Below are positions 27,066 through 40,857 of a DNA stretch of 64,000 nt, piece by piece. The notes beneath the pieces were generated by a model. The model did not search any database, had not been told where the DNA came from, and saw nothing but the letters and a program-made list of their open reading frames with translations. This DNA is from Eledone cirrhosa. Taxonomy: Eukaryota. The stretch lies in NCBI GenBank assembly GCA_964016885.1, contig OZ024742.1, positions 88,784,001 to 88,848,000 of the forward strand. The letters run 5' to 3'. A program made the translations under genes and the position numbers. Position 1 is the stretch's first letter. Each line of letters begins with the position of its first letter.

Positions 27066-27517
27066 AAGGATAAGGAAGGAATGTTACCGCAGAGTAAGAG
27101 CAATCTTAAGAAGGGAATTGAATGCCAGGAATGGGATCGATGCCATAAACACGCTTGCCATACCAGTAGTAACCTACATTTACAATGTCATCAACTGGTC
27201 AAGCACAGAGATCCGTAGGCTCGATACAAACATGAGAAAATTCTTAACCATGCACAGAATGCATCACCCTAAGGCAGATACAGATAGAATATATCTCCCT
27301 AGGAAAGAAGGAGGACGTGGGTTAATCCGGTTAGATATTGCGTTCAAACTGCAAAAAATGGATTATCTACATATCTAAGGGAATCCCATGATTGGATCAA
27401 ACTCGTTTTGAAACACGAAAGCATGAAAAGATCATACTCCATTACAAAAGATGCACAAAGATACAGAAGTCCCACTTACTGCTGAAAAAGCAAAGCAGGT
27501 AAAAGTAACTGCAAAAC
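27066..27517 (+). mobile_element. Internal fragment of R4/Dong family B fused into family A
   Basis: Closely matches ~29196-29683 (RIRKECYRRVRAILRRELNARN...) with short deletions. Confidence 0.85.
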
Positions 27518-27710
27518 GTTTCCAGGGATGGTTAAAGAAAATTGGCCCCTTCACGCTTTTTGGAACGCTTCAAAAGGCATGCTTGCTGGGAACAGCAAGA
27601 ACCCTCCGATACGTCCTGAATATCTGAGGCTGCAGGTAGTGGCTTGATATTCATCTCAGCAAACTTTCCAGTTAACTAACATCAATGACTGAGACTCAAA
27701 GAGTAATAAC

Positions 27711-27767
<57 letters not shown>
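27518..27767 (+). mobile_element. R4/Dong family A 3' end with long (TAA)n tail
   Basis: FQGWLKKIGPF...LRYVLNI* plus the family A 3'UTR and tail. Confidence 0.88.
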
Positions 27768-27769
<2 letters not shown>

Positions 27770-28076
27770 AGTCAAAGTGATAGGATTTGGAACTGCCATG
27801 AACTGCCATGAAGTCAAAGTGATCCCGATTGTCATAGGCGCACTGGGGACTATCTCCAAAGGTTTCCAGGGATGGTTAAAGAAAATCGGCCCCTTCACGC
27901 TTTTTGGAACGCTTCAAAAGGCATGCTTGCTTGGAACAGCAAGAACCCTCCGATACGTCCTGAATATCTGAGGCTGCAGGTAGTGGCTTGATATTCAATC
28001 CAACGGACTTTCCAGTTAACCAACATCAATGACTGAGATTCAAGGAATAACAATAACAATAATAATAATAATAATA
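27768..28076 (+). mobile_element. Severely 5'-truncated R4/Dong family A copy (3' end only), inserted in the previous tail
   Basis: ORF 27777..27971 matches the A1 C-terminus; short duplicated motifs at its 5' junction (gaagtcaaagtga, gaactgccat x2); TAA tail. Confidence 0.88.
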
Positions 28077-30655
28077 CCACCCAAGGAGGAAGTGCAAGAA
28101 TTCAGGGAAAAGATCTGGGCCGAAGGAAAAGTTCATAACATACATGCCCCATGGATAGACAGACAAATGAAAGATACAGCTCACCTTGAAGAACAAACAT
28201 GGGAAAATATAACAGTTGAACAGTTGCGCTTGGCTCTAAGAAAAACCAGCAAATGGAAATCCCCAGGAAAAGACAAAATACAAAACTTTTGGATAAATGC
28301 CTTCACAGAGTCTCATGAGCTGTTAGCCCAACTTTACAATGAAATAGTTAAGGAGCCAGAAAAGATACCATCATGGCTAGTTAACGGCATTACATTCCTG
28401 CTACCGAAGAATGATGAGACAAACAATCCCAAAAATTACAGACCGATAACCTGCTTGACCACAATGTATAACATGTTAACATCAGTCCTAACTGAATACA
28501 CATATGACCACCTGATAAGAAATGACCTATTTCCCATTGAGCAGAAAGGGTGTAAACGAGGCTCATATGGCCGTAGGGATCAGCTTCTGGTTAACAAAAT
28601 GATACTGGAAGATTGTCATAATAGACACAAAAATCTATCGATTGCTTGGATAGATTATAAAAAAGCATTCGATAGTTTGCCACACAGTTGGATTGAAAAA
28701 TGTTTAGAGATTTTCAAAATATCCCCCGTTGTCAGGAGGTTTTTGTCATTCAGTATGAAGACATGGAAAACGACACTCCTTTTGAATAGTGAAACAAAAT
28801 CACTGGAAGCTGGAGAAGTTAATATTAATTGTAAAATTTTTCAGGGTGACTCTTTATCACCGCTTTTATTGTGCATCGCACTTATACCATTAAGTAAAAT
28901 GCCCAATGAAACAAAACATGGATATAGAGTCTATGACAAAACCATTAATCACTTGTTCTACGTGGATGACCTGAAAATATTTGCAAAAAATGATGAACAA
29001 TTGCAAGGTCTATTTAAAATGGAGTTTGGACTAGATAAATGCGCCAAAGCAACGCTCAACAGAGGAAAGCTGCTGAAGAGTTCAGACATTAATCTTGATC
29101 GGGGGAACGTGATAAGAGAACTTGATCAAGAAAAAGCTTACAAATATCTAGGTGTTTGTGAAGGAGACGGAATCAAGCACTCGACAATGAGGGAAAGGAT
29201 AAGGAAGGAATGATACCGCAGAGTAAGAGCAATCTTAAGAACGGAATTGAATGCAAGGAATAGGATCGATGCCATAAACACGCTTGCCATACCAGTAGTA
29301 ACCTACAGTTACAATGTCATCAACTGGTTAAGCACAGAGATCCGTAGGCTCGATACAAAAATTAGAAAATTCTTAACCATGCACAGAATGCATCACCCTA
29401 AGGCAGATATAGATAGAATATATCTCCCTAGGAAAGAAGGACGACGTGGGTTAGTCGAGCTAGAAGTTGCGTTGAAAACTGCAACAATTGGATAATCTAC
29501 ATATCTAAGGGAATCACATGATTGGATGATCAAACTCGTTTTGAAACACGAAAGCATCAAAAGATCATATTCCATTACAAAAGATGCACAAAGATACAGT
29601 AATGGGCTACAAATTTCAGAAGTCCCATTTACTGCTGAAATGGAAAACACAGAAAATGCAAAGCAGGTAAAAGTAACTGCAAAGAAAGAACTGCTACAGA
29701 AAGAACTGCTACAGAAACTGGCTAAGAATTGGCAAGAAAAGCCTCTGTATGGAAAATACCCAGAACGAGCTAACAATCCTGATGTTGACAAAACTTTAAC
29801 CCATCAGTGGTTGGCATTTTCTGGACTGAAATCGGAGACTGAAAGACTGATTATATCAGCACAAGATCAGTGTCTGCCAACAAAAAATTACCAAGTCAAC
29901 ATAATACAAAATGGATGCAGCCCATTATGCTGTGTGTGCAAAAAACAACCAGAGACCATTGACCATATAATTTCAATATGCAGTCCTATAGCTCCAACCA
30001 AATACCTAAACAGGCATGACAGAGCTGCACAATACATACATTGGATAATGTGTAAGCATTTTGACCTGCCCCATCAAAAGAATTGGTGGGAGCATCAACC
30101 ACCTCCCATACTTGAAAAAGATCACATCTCAATCTTGTGGAACTTTAGCATCCAAACAGACCGAAATATAGATGCAAATAGACCTGATATAATATTGAAG
30201 GACTTTAAAAAGAGGGTATGCCTGCTAATTGATATGTCCGTTCCAATAGACAAGAATGTATCTATAAAAACATTTGAAAAATTGAGCAAGTATAAGGACC
30301 TGGAGATAGAAATTGGAAAAATGTGGAAATTGAGAACTAAAACAATACCAGTGGTTGTGGGCGCTCTGGGAATGATACCTTAGGGGTCTAATGATTACTT
30401 ATCACAAATCCCAGGAAACCCGCGTATAGGAGAAATACAAAAGATAGTACTAATGGGAACTGCCCATATACTAAGGAAGATTCTGTCAATATAAGTACAT
30501 CACAAGTCTAAACACTAAAGATGCATGTGTGAGTATGTATGTTCTTTCTTGAACATGGCGGACCTTGTTGTCTCTTGAGGTCACTGGTTGTGACTTGGTG
30601 ATAACTCGTATGAACATAAAGCAAGTTAAATGCAACTGTAATAATAATAATAATA
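28077..30655 (+). mobile_element. 5'-truncated R4/Dong-type element, family B (RT plus RLE)
   Basis: [60 protein letters not shown]; own 3'UTR; (TAA)n tail at 30639-30655. Confidence 0.92.
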
Positions 30656-31074
30656 GAAACTTGAACACAATAGATCTGACCTGGTGGTTGTGGACAAAGA
30701 AAAAAGATCGTGCCTGATAGTGGATGTATCCTGCCCATTAGACACGAGAGTGCAAGAGAAGGAGAGGGAGAAAATTAACCGATACCAGGACTTAAAGTCG
30801 GAGGTAAAAATGATTTGGAACTGCCATGAAGTCAAAGTGATCCCGATTGTCATAGGCGCACTAGAGACTATCTCAAAGAGTTTCCAAGGACGGTTAAAGA
30901 AAAGTGGTCCCGCCCCGCTTTATGGAACACTTTTAAGGCATGCTTGCTGAGAAGAGCAAGAACCCTCCGATACGTCCTGAATATCTGAGGCTGCAGGTAG
31001 TGGATTGATATTAATTTCAACAAACTTTCCAGTTAAATAACACCAATGACTGAGACACAAAGAACAATAATAAT
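30656..31074 (+). mobile_element. R4/Dong family A 3' fragment
   Basis: ORF 30684..30950 matches the A1 RLE region; family A 3'UTR; short TAA tail. Confidence 0.88.
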
Positions 31075-31670
31075 GTTGCCATTATAAAATCAAAACTGCT
31101 GATAAATGGTGCAATCACCCTGAGGCTGTTACTAGAGGAAAGGTAACGATTCTTTGGGACATTCCTGTACATACTGACCGGATCATAACAGCTAATAGAC
31201 GAGATATTACTGTAAACGACCAACATAGACAGGTCTGTTTATTGAGTGATATTAGAATCCCATGTGATCACAATATTGCTGCAAAATAATTTGACGAGCT
31301 AAGAAAATATAAAGAACTGCTCATTATAATGGAAAACATGTGTCACCTTAAGGCGATTCCTATACCAGTGATTGTAGGAGCACTGGGAATGATCAACAAT
31401 GGAACAAAACAGTATTTGAGAATGAACCCTGATTTACCCTCTCTGTAACCTCTTACAGTTAAAATATATTTTTAACTGGTACTACACACGTATTGAGAAG
31501 CACACTATCTCACTAAAAATTATAATCAATTCGGTGTGTTAACTGGCTTACCAATGAATATAGTGAGTTTATTTGCTCTAGGTCTCAGGAAGACACTCTG
31601 CATATAAAGGAAACAATAAAGGAAAAGGAAAAACAATGATAATAATAATGCTAAAACAATAACAACAATA
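31075..31670 (+). mobile_element. Older R4/Dong-type 3' fragment of another family
   Basis: Reads KW...HPEAV...VTILW, HTDRIITANR, IPVIVGALGMI; ends in a degenerate TAA/CAA tail. Confidence 0.7.
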
Positions 31671-31732
31671 GTTATAGGTGATATGCCAAGTTTACTACAC
31701 AGAATACTGCGGGAATTCATTGTGAGAGCATT

Positions 31733-31842
31733 AATCCCGCCGAAGTTAACTTTGCCTTTTATCCTTACCGCGTCGATAAAATAAAGTACCAGTAATGCAC
31801 AGGGTAATTGGTGGCCTTGTGCCAAAAGTGGAAACAATTATT
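31733..31842 (+). mobile_element. 3' half of the tRNA-derived SINE
   Basis: aatcccgccgaagttaactttgcc...gataaaataaagtaccag...gccttgtgccaaaagtggaaacaatt. Confidence 0.8.
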
Positions 31843-32091
31843 TCTCTTTTGGGTTTGCAGACAATATTTCAAATCAGATCCTCAGGCATTTACAATTTTT
31901 ATATTATATTAGAGTTTAGAAATCTGTAATGGTGCAGCTGCTACACATTTTGGCAAATATTAGGAGGCAGAAATATTAATCATATTGTCTAGCGATTGAC
32001 AAAAAATAATTTTTCACCATCTTGCAATATTTAGAACTCAGTCGAGTCGATTACACAATTGTTCTTATTCCCTCCTTCTAACAAATTTACT

Positions 32092-32764
<673 letters not shown>

Positions 32765-32768
<4 letters not shown>

Positions 32769-33450
32769 AGTATGTATACGTACATACATATATGTATACA
32801 GACGTACAGTTGTATGTATATATATATACATATATGCACACACATATATATAGGTACGTATGCATTTACCGAACATTCATTATAATGCTCGGTTTGTTTG
32901 TAAACAAACAGCCCGAATTAAGCCGTACAGTGTTTAGCAACCATCGTTGCCCTTTTGTTAACACTGACAAACGAACGATGTACTAGTTTCAAGCTTATTA
33001 GCTATCGTCAGTACCCTATACCTTCTTGCCAGATGCTTGAACGTCTGAAAGTATATACTTTCCTTATGCATATTAACGGCTGAGCAGCCTAATTTGCATA
33101 TCGAGTGAGTTAATCGGCCGGGCGCACCGAAAACAATAAATGGAAAAATGAAAAGAAATGTCATTGCTCACTCTTAGTACGGCTGTTACTTAAATATAAG
33201 TATGTATACGTACATACCTATATGTATACAGACGTACAGTAGTATGTATATATATATACATACATGCTCACATATATATATATGTACGTATGGATTTACG
33301 GAATATTTAGTATAATGCTCGGTTTGTTTGTAAACAAACAGCCCGAATTAAGCCGTACAGTGTTTAGAAACCATCTTTGCCCTTTTGTTAAACACTGCCA
33401 AAGGTATAGCCGCACTAAGAGTGAGAAATGAGATTTCGTTTCATTTTTTT
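32765..33450. repeat. ~200-bp direct repeat pair plus ~50-bp inverted repeat (possible Helentron/DINE-1-like remnant)
   Basis: 32767-32967 matches 33197-33397; 33145-33191 is the inverse of 33401-33450 (aagtaacagccgtactaagagtgag). Confidence 0.5.
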
Positions 33451-33525
33451 CATTTATATATATATATATATATACATATATTATTTCAAAATATTAACAA
33501 AAATAGACATTCCTGTGATCAAGTA

Positions 33526-33592
33526 TATTTTATTATACATATTTCAGAGGTACTGAAATATCTTAAACAGTACGTTCTCATCAGATAAAATA
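33526..33592 (-). ncRNA. Minimal type-I hammerhead ribozyme motif
   Basis: Minus strand: tattttat-CTGATGA-gaacgtactg...cagtacctct-GAAA-tatgta-TA-ataaaata (stem I tattttat/ataaaata). Confidence 0.8.
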
Positions 33593-35498
33593 ATATGATG
33601 CATGACATACCCTGACATAGTAGATGGTTAAGATTCAGTCATGGTAGTGAATATGATATGACAAGACTCAATATTTATATACCTTATGAGTGAGACATGA
33701 AAAAACCTACATATAATACAGAGGGTGCGTGTGAGAAAGCTTAAAAATACATAATAGCAATTTATATATCTGTTAGAGATTCAAATAATTTAAATTATTG
33801 AAGAAAGAAGAAAGAAAGAAGAAAGACATAGAGAAACAGATGAGGAAAAAATATAGTTACTATAAGTATAGAAAGCAAAAGAGAATTGATCAAGGAGAAT
33901 AATTATTATAGTATAAAGCATAGATAAATACATGAATATATATTTGGGCATAGCTTTGTGAAAGAGTAAACTCGAATCTTTGAATTATCTAGAAGTATCC
34001 ATCTATCTAAATATTAAATATATCTGGGTGTAATTATATGAGGGTTTAATTTCGAGTCCTCAATTAATAAGAACTATACTAACAACTATGTATACACCAT
34101 ATATATCCAAACTTATCCGGCTGACAGTTAAATTTCAAATTCCTTATGTTAGTTCAGAGTAATGGATTACACTAAAGGTATAATATTTCGGTCTATAAAA
34201 GTTTATAAATGTCTATATTAATATTAAAATATACTAACATATTTAATTTATAAAATCATATTTAAAGTATTTTCAAACATGAGAAAGTAACCTAGTATTT
34301 TCATCCACACGAAGGTAAACCATATTAAATTATATTATCTTATATTATTTTCCCATACTAAAATAATTCTCACTATTTAATTTAGAAAATAATTACAGTT
34401 ATAACTTTAAAAATTTTAAATTAACAATTAGAATGCATCTAACGGCCTTATAATTAAACTTTAAAAAATATTATTAAATTTGATATATCCATTTGTCCAA
34501 ATATATACAATGAGTATATTGTCTAAAGTTCAAGACGATATTAGTCAGTGACACATAAAACAATATAATATAATAGAATAAATAGGTTACTGTTCATATT
34601 GTTACAATTAAGGTTTTAGATCAATTATTGTATCTTAGGATCATGTAATACATATATACTATAAAATGTTCATGAATCATAAGGAAACGAACCAGATTCA
34701 AAATAAATAAGTAAATTGTTTGCGATCATATAAGTGCCAAATATTTAAGCTATATAATTTAAAATACAAGAAAAATTGTAAGGATCTATATAGTAGTATA
34801 ATATCATATTTAAAGTGTCTGCAAAGATGAGAAATAGAAAACTTAAGATTTTCATCGACTCGAAGGTAACCCGAATTTAGTTTAATTAAAAAATAATAAT
34901 CGTTATATAATTTAGAAAACATTTAACAATTATAACACGAGAATTCATTAAGTATCTAGAGTACTTATACATGTAGCTAGAAGCCTGTTATTAAACCAGA
35001 TATTCACATTTGTCCATACACATACAGAGTATTCTGTTCGATATTAGTGATCCATATACATAAAGTTATAATTGAAGTTTAACATCAAGTTAAGTGGAAA
35101 AAGTTTGTTGACGAGGATCGTGTATGACGCATATACTATAGATATATATAAACAAATATGAATATATAAATCAAACATCTTGAATCTTAAAACTAACATA
35201 CTCCAAAAGAATAAATACATAAATACATAAAAGCATGAATTGTTTACGGTTCATTACAACTGTCAACCATATAAGCTATATATTTTAAAAAAACACAAGA
35301 AGCCCAAACAAATTAAATGTATCTGCACAATCAAAAAAATATGCATATTCTCAATATATCGTGTTAACAATCTATATGTTAATATATTTATATAGAACGC
35401 TTAATCTAACAATTATCATACATAAATGAGTAAAACAATTAATATAACATTTTACGCACTCAGTTGATACGAGACGTCAAAAATTACAACGTATATAT

Positions 35499-36299
35499 TT
35501 AGTGTTTTTTCCTGACTTTTTGCGATGCTTGGAATGTAGAGGAAGCTTTATGAAAGCAATTTAAGAATAATTCACTTTTTTTGTTAATTAAATTATCATA
35601 ATTAGTAATTATTAATAGGGTCTCCATGGTACAGAGATTGCAGTTAGGTGATATTGACGAATTCGAGTATATTCGACTATTACACAGCCTCGACCAAGAA
35701 ATCGAGTATATAAAATGTTTGTCTTTTAACGACCATATAAGTTGTGATAAACAAGTCTTAGATTTCATATTAGGATTCGACAAAGTGTATTTATGATTCG
35801 CAAATCTTAATTTAAATGTCGATAAATTTGCACGAATGGGGTTGTATGTGATGTTATTTGCTTTTACGCTGCATTTATAGACCAGATTGCTATCCACACA
35901 ATTATTTTGCAGAGGGCAATTTGATCTATTTCTACAATTACATTTCGATTTATTGTTATTACTATAAATTGGACAATTGACATTAACATTGTTAGTACTT
36001 TGAAGTGTTCTATTGATTGTGTTTAGATCAATGTCATTGTTATTCCTAGTATTAATATTGCTAGTGTTATTAAATACATTATCGTTAATTGTTTGTTGAT
36101 TATGATTTAGAATTCTCCTTTTTATTTTTACGATGTTTTGGGTCATAATCATAGTTGTAGAATAAGAAAGCTTAATTGTGTGTCTTTTAAATATGGACCG
36201 GTATTTGTGTTGAATGGGGAAGCATTTGTCTAAAACTTTAAAGAATTGATTTGCGAGTGGTCTTTTTATTGCTACAGAAGCTGGGGGGGGGCAAACCAT
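35499..36299 (-). pseudogene. Penelope-like (Naiad-type) C-terminal GIY-YIG endonuclease region
   Basis: IKLSYS, CNCRNRSNCPLQNNC, NLVYKC, FKLRFANH, LSQLIWSLK, CNLCTME; the YIG motif is degenerate. Confidence 0.82.
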
Positions 36300-37263
36300 A
36301 TAACTGATTTAGTTCTGATTTTGTTTCGCCGATTTATTAACGGTATTGGTGTTTGTATTATGTTTTTTTAAAGTTTAATTATAAGGCCTTTAGATGCTTT
36401 AGGGCATTCTAATTGTTAATTTTAAATTTTTTAAGTTATAACTGTAATTGTTTTCTAAATTATATAGTGAGAATTATTTTACTATGGGAAAATAATATAT
36501 CATAATATAATTTAATATGGTTTACCTTCATGTGGATGAAAATACTAAGTTTCTTTCTCTAGTTTGAAAATACTTTAAATATGATTTTATAAATTAAATA
36601 TGTTAGTATACTTTAATATTAATATAGAAATTTATAAACTTTTATAGCCCGAAATATTATACCTTTAGTTTAATCCATTATTCTGAAGTAACATAAGGAA
36701 TTTGAAATTTAACTGTCAGCCGGATAATTTTGGATATATATGGTGTATAAATAATTTTTAGTATATTTCTTATTAATTGAGGAATCGAAAGTAAACCCTC
36801 ATATAATGACACCCAGATATATGAAATATTTAGATAGATGGATACGTCTAGATAATTCAAAGATTCGAGTTTACTCTTTCACAAAGCTATGCCCTAAATA
36901 TATATTCATGTATTTATTTATGCTTTATACTATAAAAAATATTCCCCTCTGTCTCTCTATCCTTGATCAATTCTCTTTTGCTTTCTATAATTCTAGTAAC
37001 AATATTTTTTCCTCATCTGTTTCTCTCTGTCTTTCTTCTTTCTTTCTTCTTTCTTCAATAATTTAAATTATTTGAATCTCTAACAGTTATGTAAATTGCT
37101 ATTACGTATTTTTAAGCTTTCTCGCCCGCACCCTCTGTATTATATGTAGGTTTATTCATGTCTCAATATTAAGGTATATTAATATTGAGTCTTGTCATAT
37201 CATATTCACTACCATGACTGAATATTAACTATCTACTATGTCAAGGTATGTCATGCATCATCT

Positions 37264-37332
37264 TATTTTATCTGATGAGGACGTACTGTTGAAGATATAC
37301 CTCAGTACCTCTGAAATATGTATAATAAAATA
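37264..37332 (+). ncRNA. Minimal type-I hammerhead ribozyme motif
   Basis: tattttat-CTGATGA-ggacgtactg...cagtacctct-GAAA-tatgta-TA-ataaaata. Confidence 0.8.
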
Positions 37333-37576
37333 TACTTGATCACAGGAATGTCTATTTTTGTTAATATTTTGAATTAATATTGATAACTCCGGAAAACCAT
37401 AACTGTGTAGTGCTTCCAATCTATTGTAAAACTCATTCTTTGATTTATTCATTGAACCTTGTTTAACCTTTAAATATATATACATATATATACACACATA
37501 TACACACATATACAAACACATCTACAGAAATACACAGATATACACATATACAAAATACATAAATACACATACACAA

Positions 37577-37610
<34 letters not shown>

Positions 37611-37656
37611 ATACATACGCATATATATGTATATATACATATATATTTATATATAT

Positions 37657-37720
<64 letters not shown>

Positions 37721-37724
<4 letters not shown>

Positions 37725-39083
37725 TTTACGTATCGAGAAAGAGAGAAAAAGGAGGGATAGGTGATACATATAGTTATTTGCCAAGTAGCGTATGCCAAAG
37801 GTGCTCGATACTAATGCCGGCAGTATTAAATATTCGAAGTGTTAATATTTAGTGGACTAGAGAGTTAGCAGAGCGTAAGCACGTGGGAAAGTAAAAATCG
37901 GAGAATAGACCGTTAAAACATGTTTATTTAAAATATCACCTACGTACGTTTCGCCCAGTTGGGCTTCTCAAGGGCATAAATAATCACAAGTGTTCCTTAT
38001 ATAGTTCGGAAAGAGTTTTGGGGGTTAAATCTACATCAAGATTCATTGCTCGCAAAAATATCTTGTTTTGATTTTGCAGCAGGTCAAGGGAGGTAACTCT
38101 GGCCGGTGTTAGGGCAGTCTTTCCCGGATAATTTTTTTTTTTTTTTTTCTCGCCGCATCCGTTTGTCTGAGGCTGGGTCTGGTATGCAAGGATTGTTTTC
38201 TGGGTGTTATTTTGCTGCGCCTGCCCGCCGGGGTGTTAAGACTTGCTGCAGGGAGATCCAGTGTACTATTTCACTCTTCATTCTTAACCCATCTAAAGAA
38301 GGATATTTTTAAGCGATGTGTACAACTTATCGCTGCTGATGAGCTCGTGGGGTGCAGTTATGATGTGGTAGAGCTCCATGAGGCAAAGATCGCATTTCCT
38401 CTTGAAGTTGTACGGTGCAGCCCGGCCGACAATCTCCCAGTGCGTGGAGAAGCTGATGTTTAAGTCCTTTAGTGATGTGATGTAGTCCGCGAGCGAAGTG
38501 GAGTGCCTTAGTTTTCTATTTGTGAAAGAGTGGAGATGTGTTCGAATCCTAATTTTGAACGGGCTGGAGGTGGCCCCTATATAATGTTTAACGCTATTGT
38601 GGCTAGTAATAGTGCATCTATATATAACCCTATCAGTCAAGCAATATCCTCTACGGGGGCAGCGTCCTCTGTCGCGGCAGTTGCAATTTCTGTGGTGGTT
38701 CCGTCTATTTCCCACTATAAGGCTATTATTGTTGCTGCCTACGTTGTTACCTACGCTACCGCAGCTGTCGTTAGCACAATTACAACCCACAGCACGCGGG
38801 ATGGTGCGATTGTTATTCCGCACGTCATGTTCTGCATGTTCCCCAGTCACTTCGCGGTCATTCTGGTTGCGTCTGCGGATGCCGTTGCCAACACTATTGG
38901 ATGCTGTCAGAGAGTTATTAAGGCCGATATAGTTAGTGTCAGGTGTAGGTGCGTCTGTGTCGAGGTGCTGTGTCTTGGTGATCTTACTGTGGTTCGTTGT
39001 TCCTATGATGTCTGCTAGGTTAGGAGTAGTAGAGAAGGATATTTTTATATTGTTCCTATTAAGAATTTGTCTATACCTATAAT

Positions 39084-39086
<3 letters not shown>
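37721..39086 (-). mobile_element. 5'-truncated Penelope-like element (Naiad-type) between two (TA)n tracts
   Basis: ORF 38293-~39085(-): [28 protein letters not shown]...[26 protein letters not shown]; 3'UTR with hammerhead variant. Confidence 0.88.
37936..37976 (-). ncRNA. Hammerhead variant with U3-A8 core
   Basis: tgccc-TTGAGAA-gccc aact gggc-GAAA-cgtacg-TA-ggtga; palindromic stem III, weak stem I. Confidence 0.6.
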
Positions 39087-39181
<95 letters not shown>

Positions 39182-39211
39182 TTATATATATATACATATA
39201 TGCATATATAC

Positions 39212-39256
<45 letters not shown>

Positions 39257-39281
39257 TATATATATATACATATATATGTTG

Positions 39282-39366
<85 letters not shown>

Positions 39367-39419
39367 ATTTAAAACTGAACTATCCACAAGTGTTTTTTAA
39401 CCTTCATATCATGTCTTCA

Positions 39420-39490
39420 TGTTTTATCTGATGAAAACACAAATATTATTGCATGATGATATTTGTTTTTGAAATGCACATAATAAAATA
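39420..39490 (+). ncRNA. Minimal type-I hammerhead ribozyme motif in an isolated terminal-repeat fragment
   Basis: tgttttat-CTGATGA-aaacacaaatatta...tgatatttgttttt-GAAA-tgcaca-TA-ataaaata. Confidence 0.8.
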
Positions 39491-39560
39491 CATGGAACTC
39501 TTTTAACCATCTTTTGTTCTTATATATTATATATATACATCTATATATACATATACGCAT

Positions 39561-39641
<81 letters not shown>

Positions 39642-39824
39642 CATACATATATACATATATATATATACACATACATATATATATATATGTAGATAAATCT
39701 ACCAAAATATACGGTAGTGTCCAATGGGTATGAAGAACTCAATGTAATCCAAATATCATGAAAAGAGAAGTTGTATTCAAACATTTGTTCAATGAAAATC
39801 ACAAGAAAAGAGAGTCAAGATAAA

Positions 39825-40215
39825 TTAATAAAAATAACGAATAAAAACAAAGAAACAGTTCCATATATTAAAAGATTCATCATTTTACTATCGTTTCTAG
39901 GAAGTATATATGTGTGTGTTGGTATGTATATCCTATAGATCTATGTAAAACATTTTTATTTTTATTTTACAAACTATCAAAGGGAATATACATACCTACA
40001 CATATATATGCTGTCTTCAGAAATAATCAGATTATTTCGGAAGACAGCATATATATGTGAAGGTATGTATATTTCCTCTTTATAGTTTGTAAAATGTTTA
40101 CATAGATCTATGGGATATACATACCAACAAACATTTATATATCCTAGAAAGGATCGTAAAATGATGAATTTTTTAATATAAGGAATTATTTCTTTGTTTT
40201 TATTCATTATTTTTA

Positions 40216-40220
<5 letters not shown>
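39825..40220. repeat. ~390-bp palindrome of two head-to-head hammerhead-bearing ends (spacer only ~3 nt)
   Basis: Centre ...tcttcagaaataat cag attatttcggaaga...; arms ~200 bp; a third copy lies at 40672-40860. Confidence 0.88.
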
Positions 40221-40281
<61 letters not shown>

Positions 40282-40378
40282 TATATATATATACATACAT
40301 ATATATATATACATATATACATATATATATATATACATACACACATACACACACATACACATACATATATACACACAC

Positions 40379-40437
<59 letters not shown>

Positions 40438-40540
40438 CACATACACATACATATACATATACACACATATATATATACATATATATATACATATATATAT
40501 ATATACATACACACACATATACACATATATACACACATAT

Positions 40541-40624
<84 letters not shown>

Positions 40625-40724
40625 ATATGTATGTGTATGTGTGTGTATGTGTGTATGTATATAAGATACATTAATAAAAACAATGAATAAAAGCAGAGAA
40701 CAAGTTACTTATATTAAAAAATTC

Positions 40725-40857
40725 ATCATTTTACGATCGTTTCTAGGAAGTATATGTGTGTTGGGATGTATATCATATAGATTTATGTAAACATTTTACA
40801 AACTATAAAGAGGAAATATACATACCTTCACATATATATGCTGTCTTCAGAAATAAT
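40725..40857 (-). ncRNA. Hammerhead motif with a 100-nt rod-like stem II
   Basis: attattt-CTGAAGA-(40843..40744)-GAAA-cgatcg-TA-aaatgat; sister copies at 39879-40027(-) and 40031-40165(+, core mutated). Confidence 0.65.

Larger units (their letters stand above)
33481..37470 (-). mobile_element. Penelope-like element (Naiad-type), 5'-truncated, with ~1-kb inverted terminal repeats
   Basis: GIY-YIG ORF 35499-36299(-); 33481-34460 is inverted at ~36385-37375; a hammerhead in each arm; both ends abut TA microsatellites. Confidence 0.85.

Noticed and set aside
13461-30853. Numerous antisense ORFs over the LINEs
   Set aside because: Shadow frames of the retrotransposon coding strand with no recognisable motifs.
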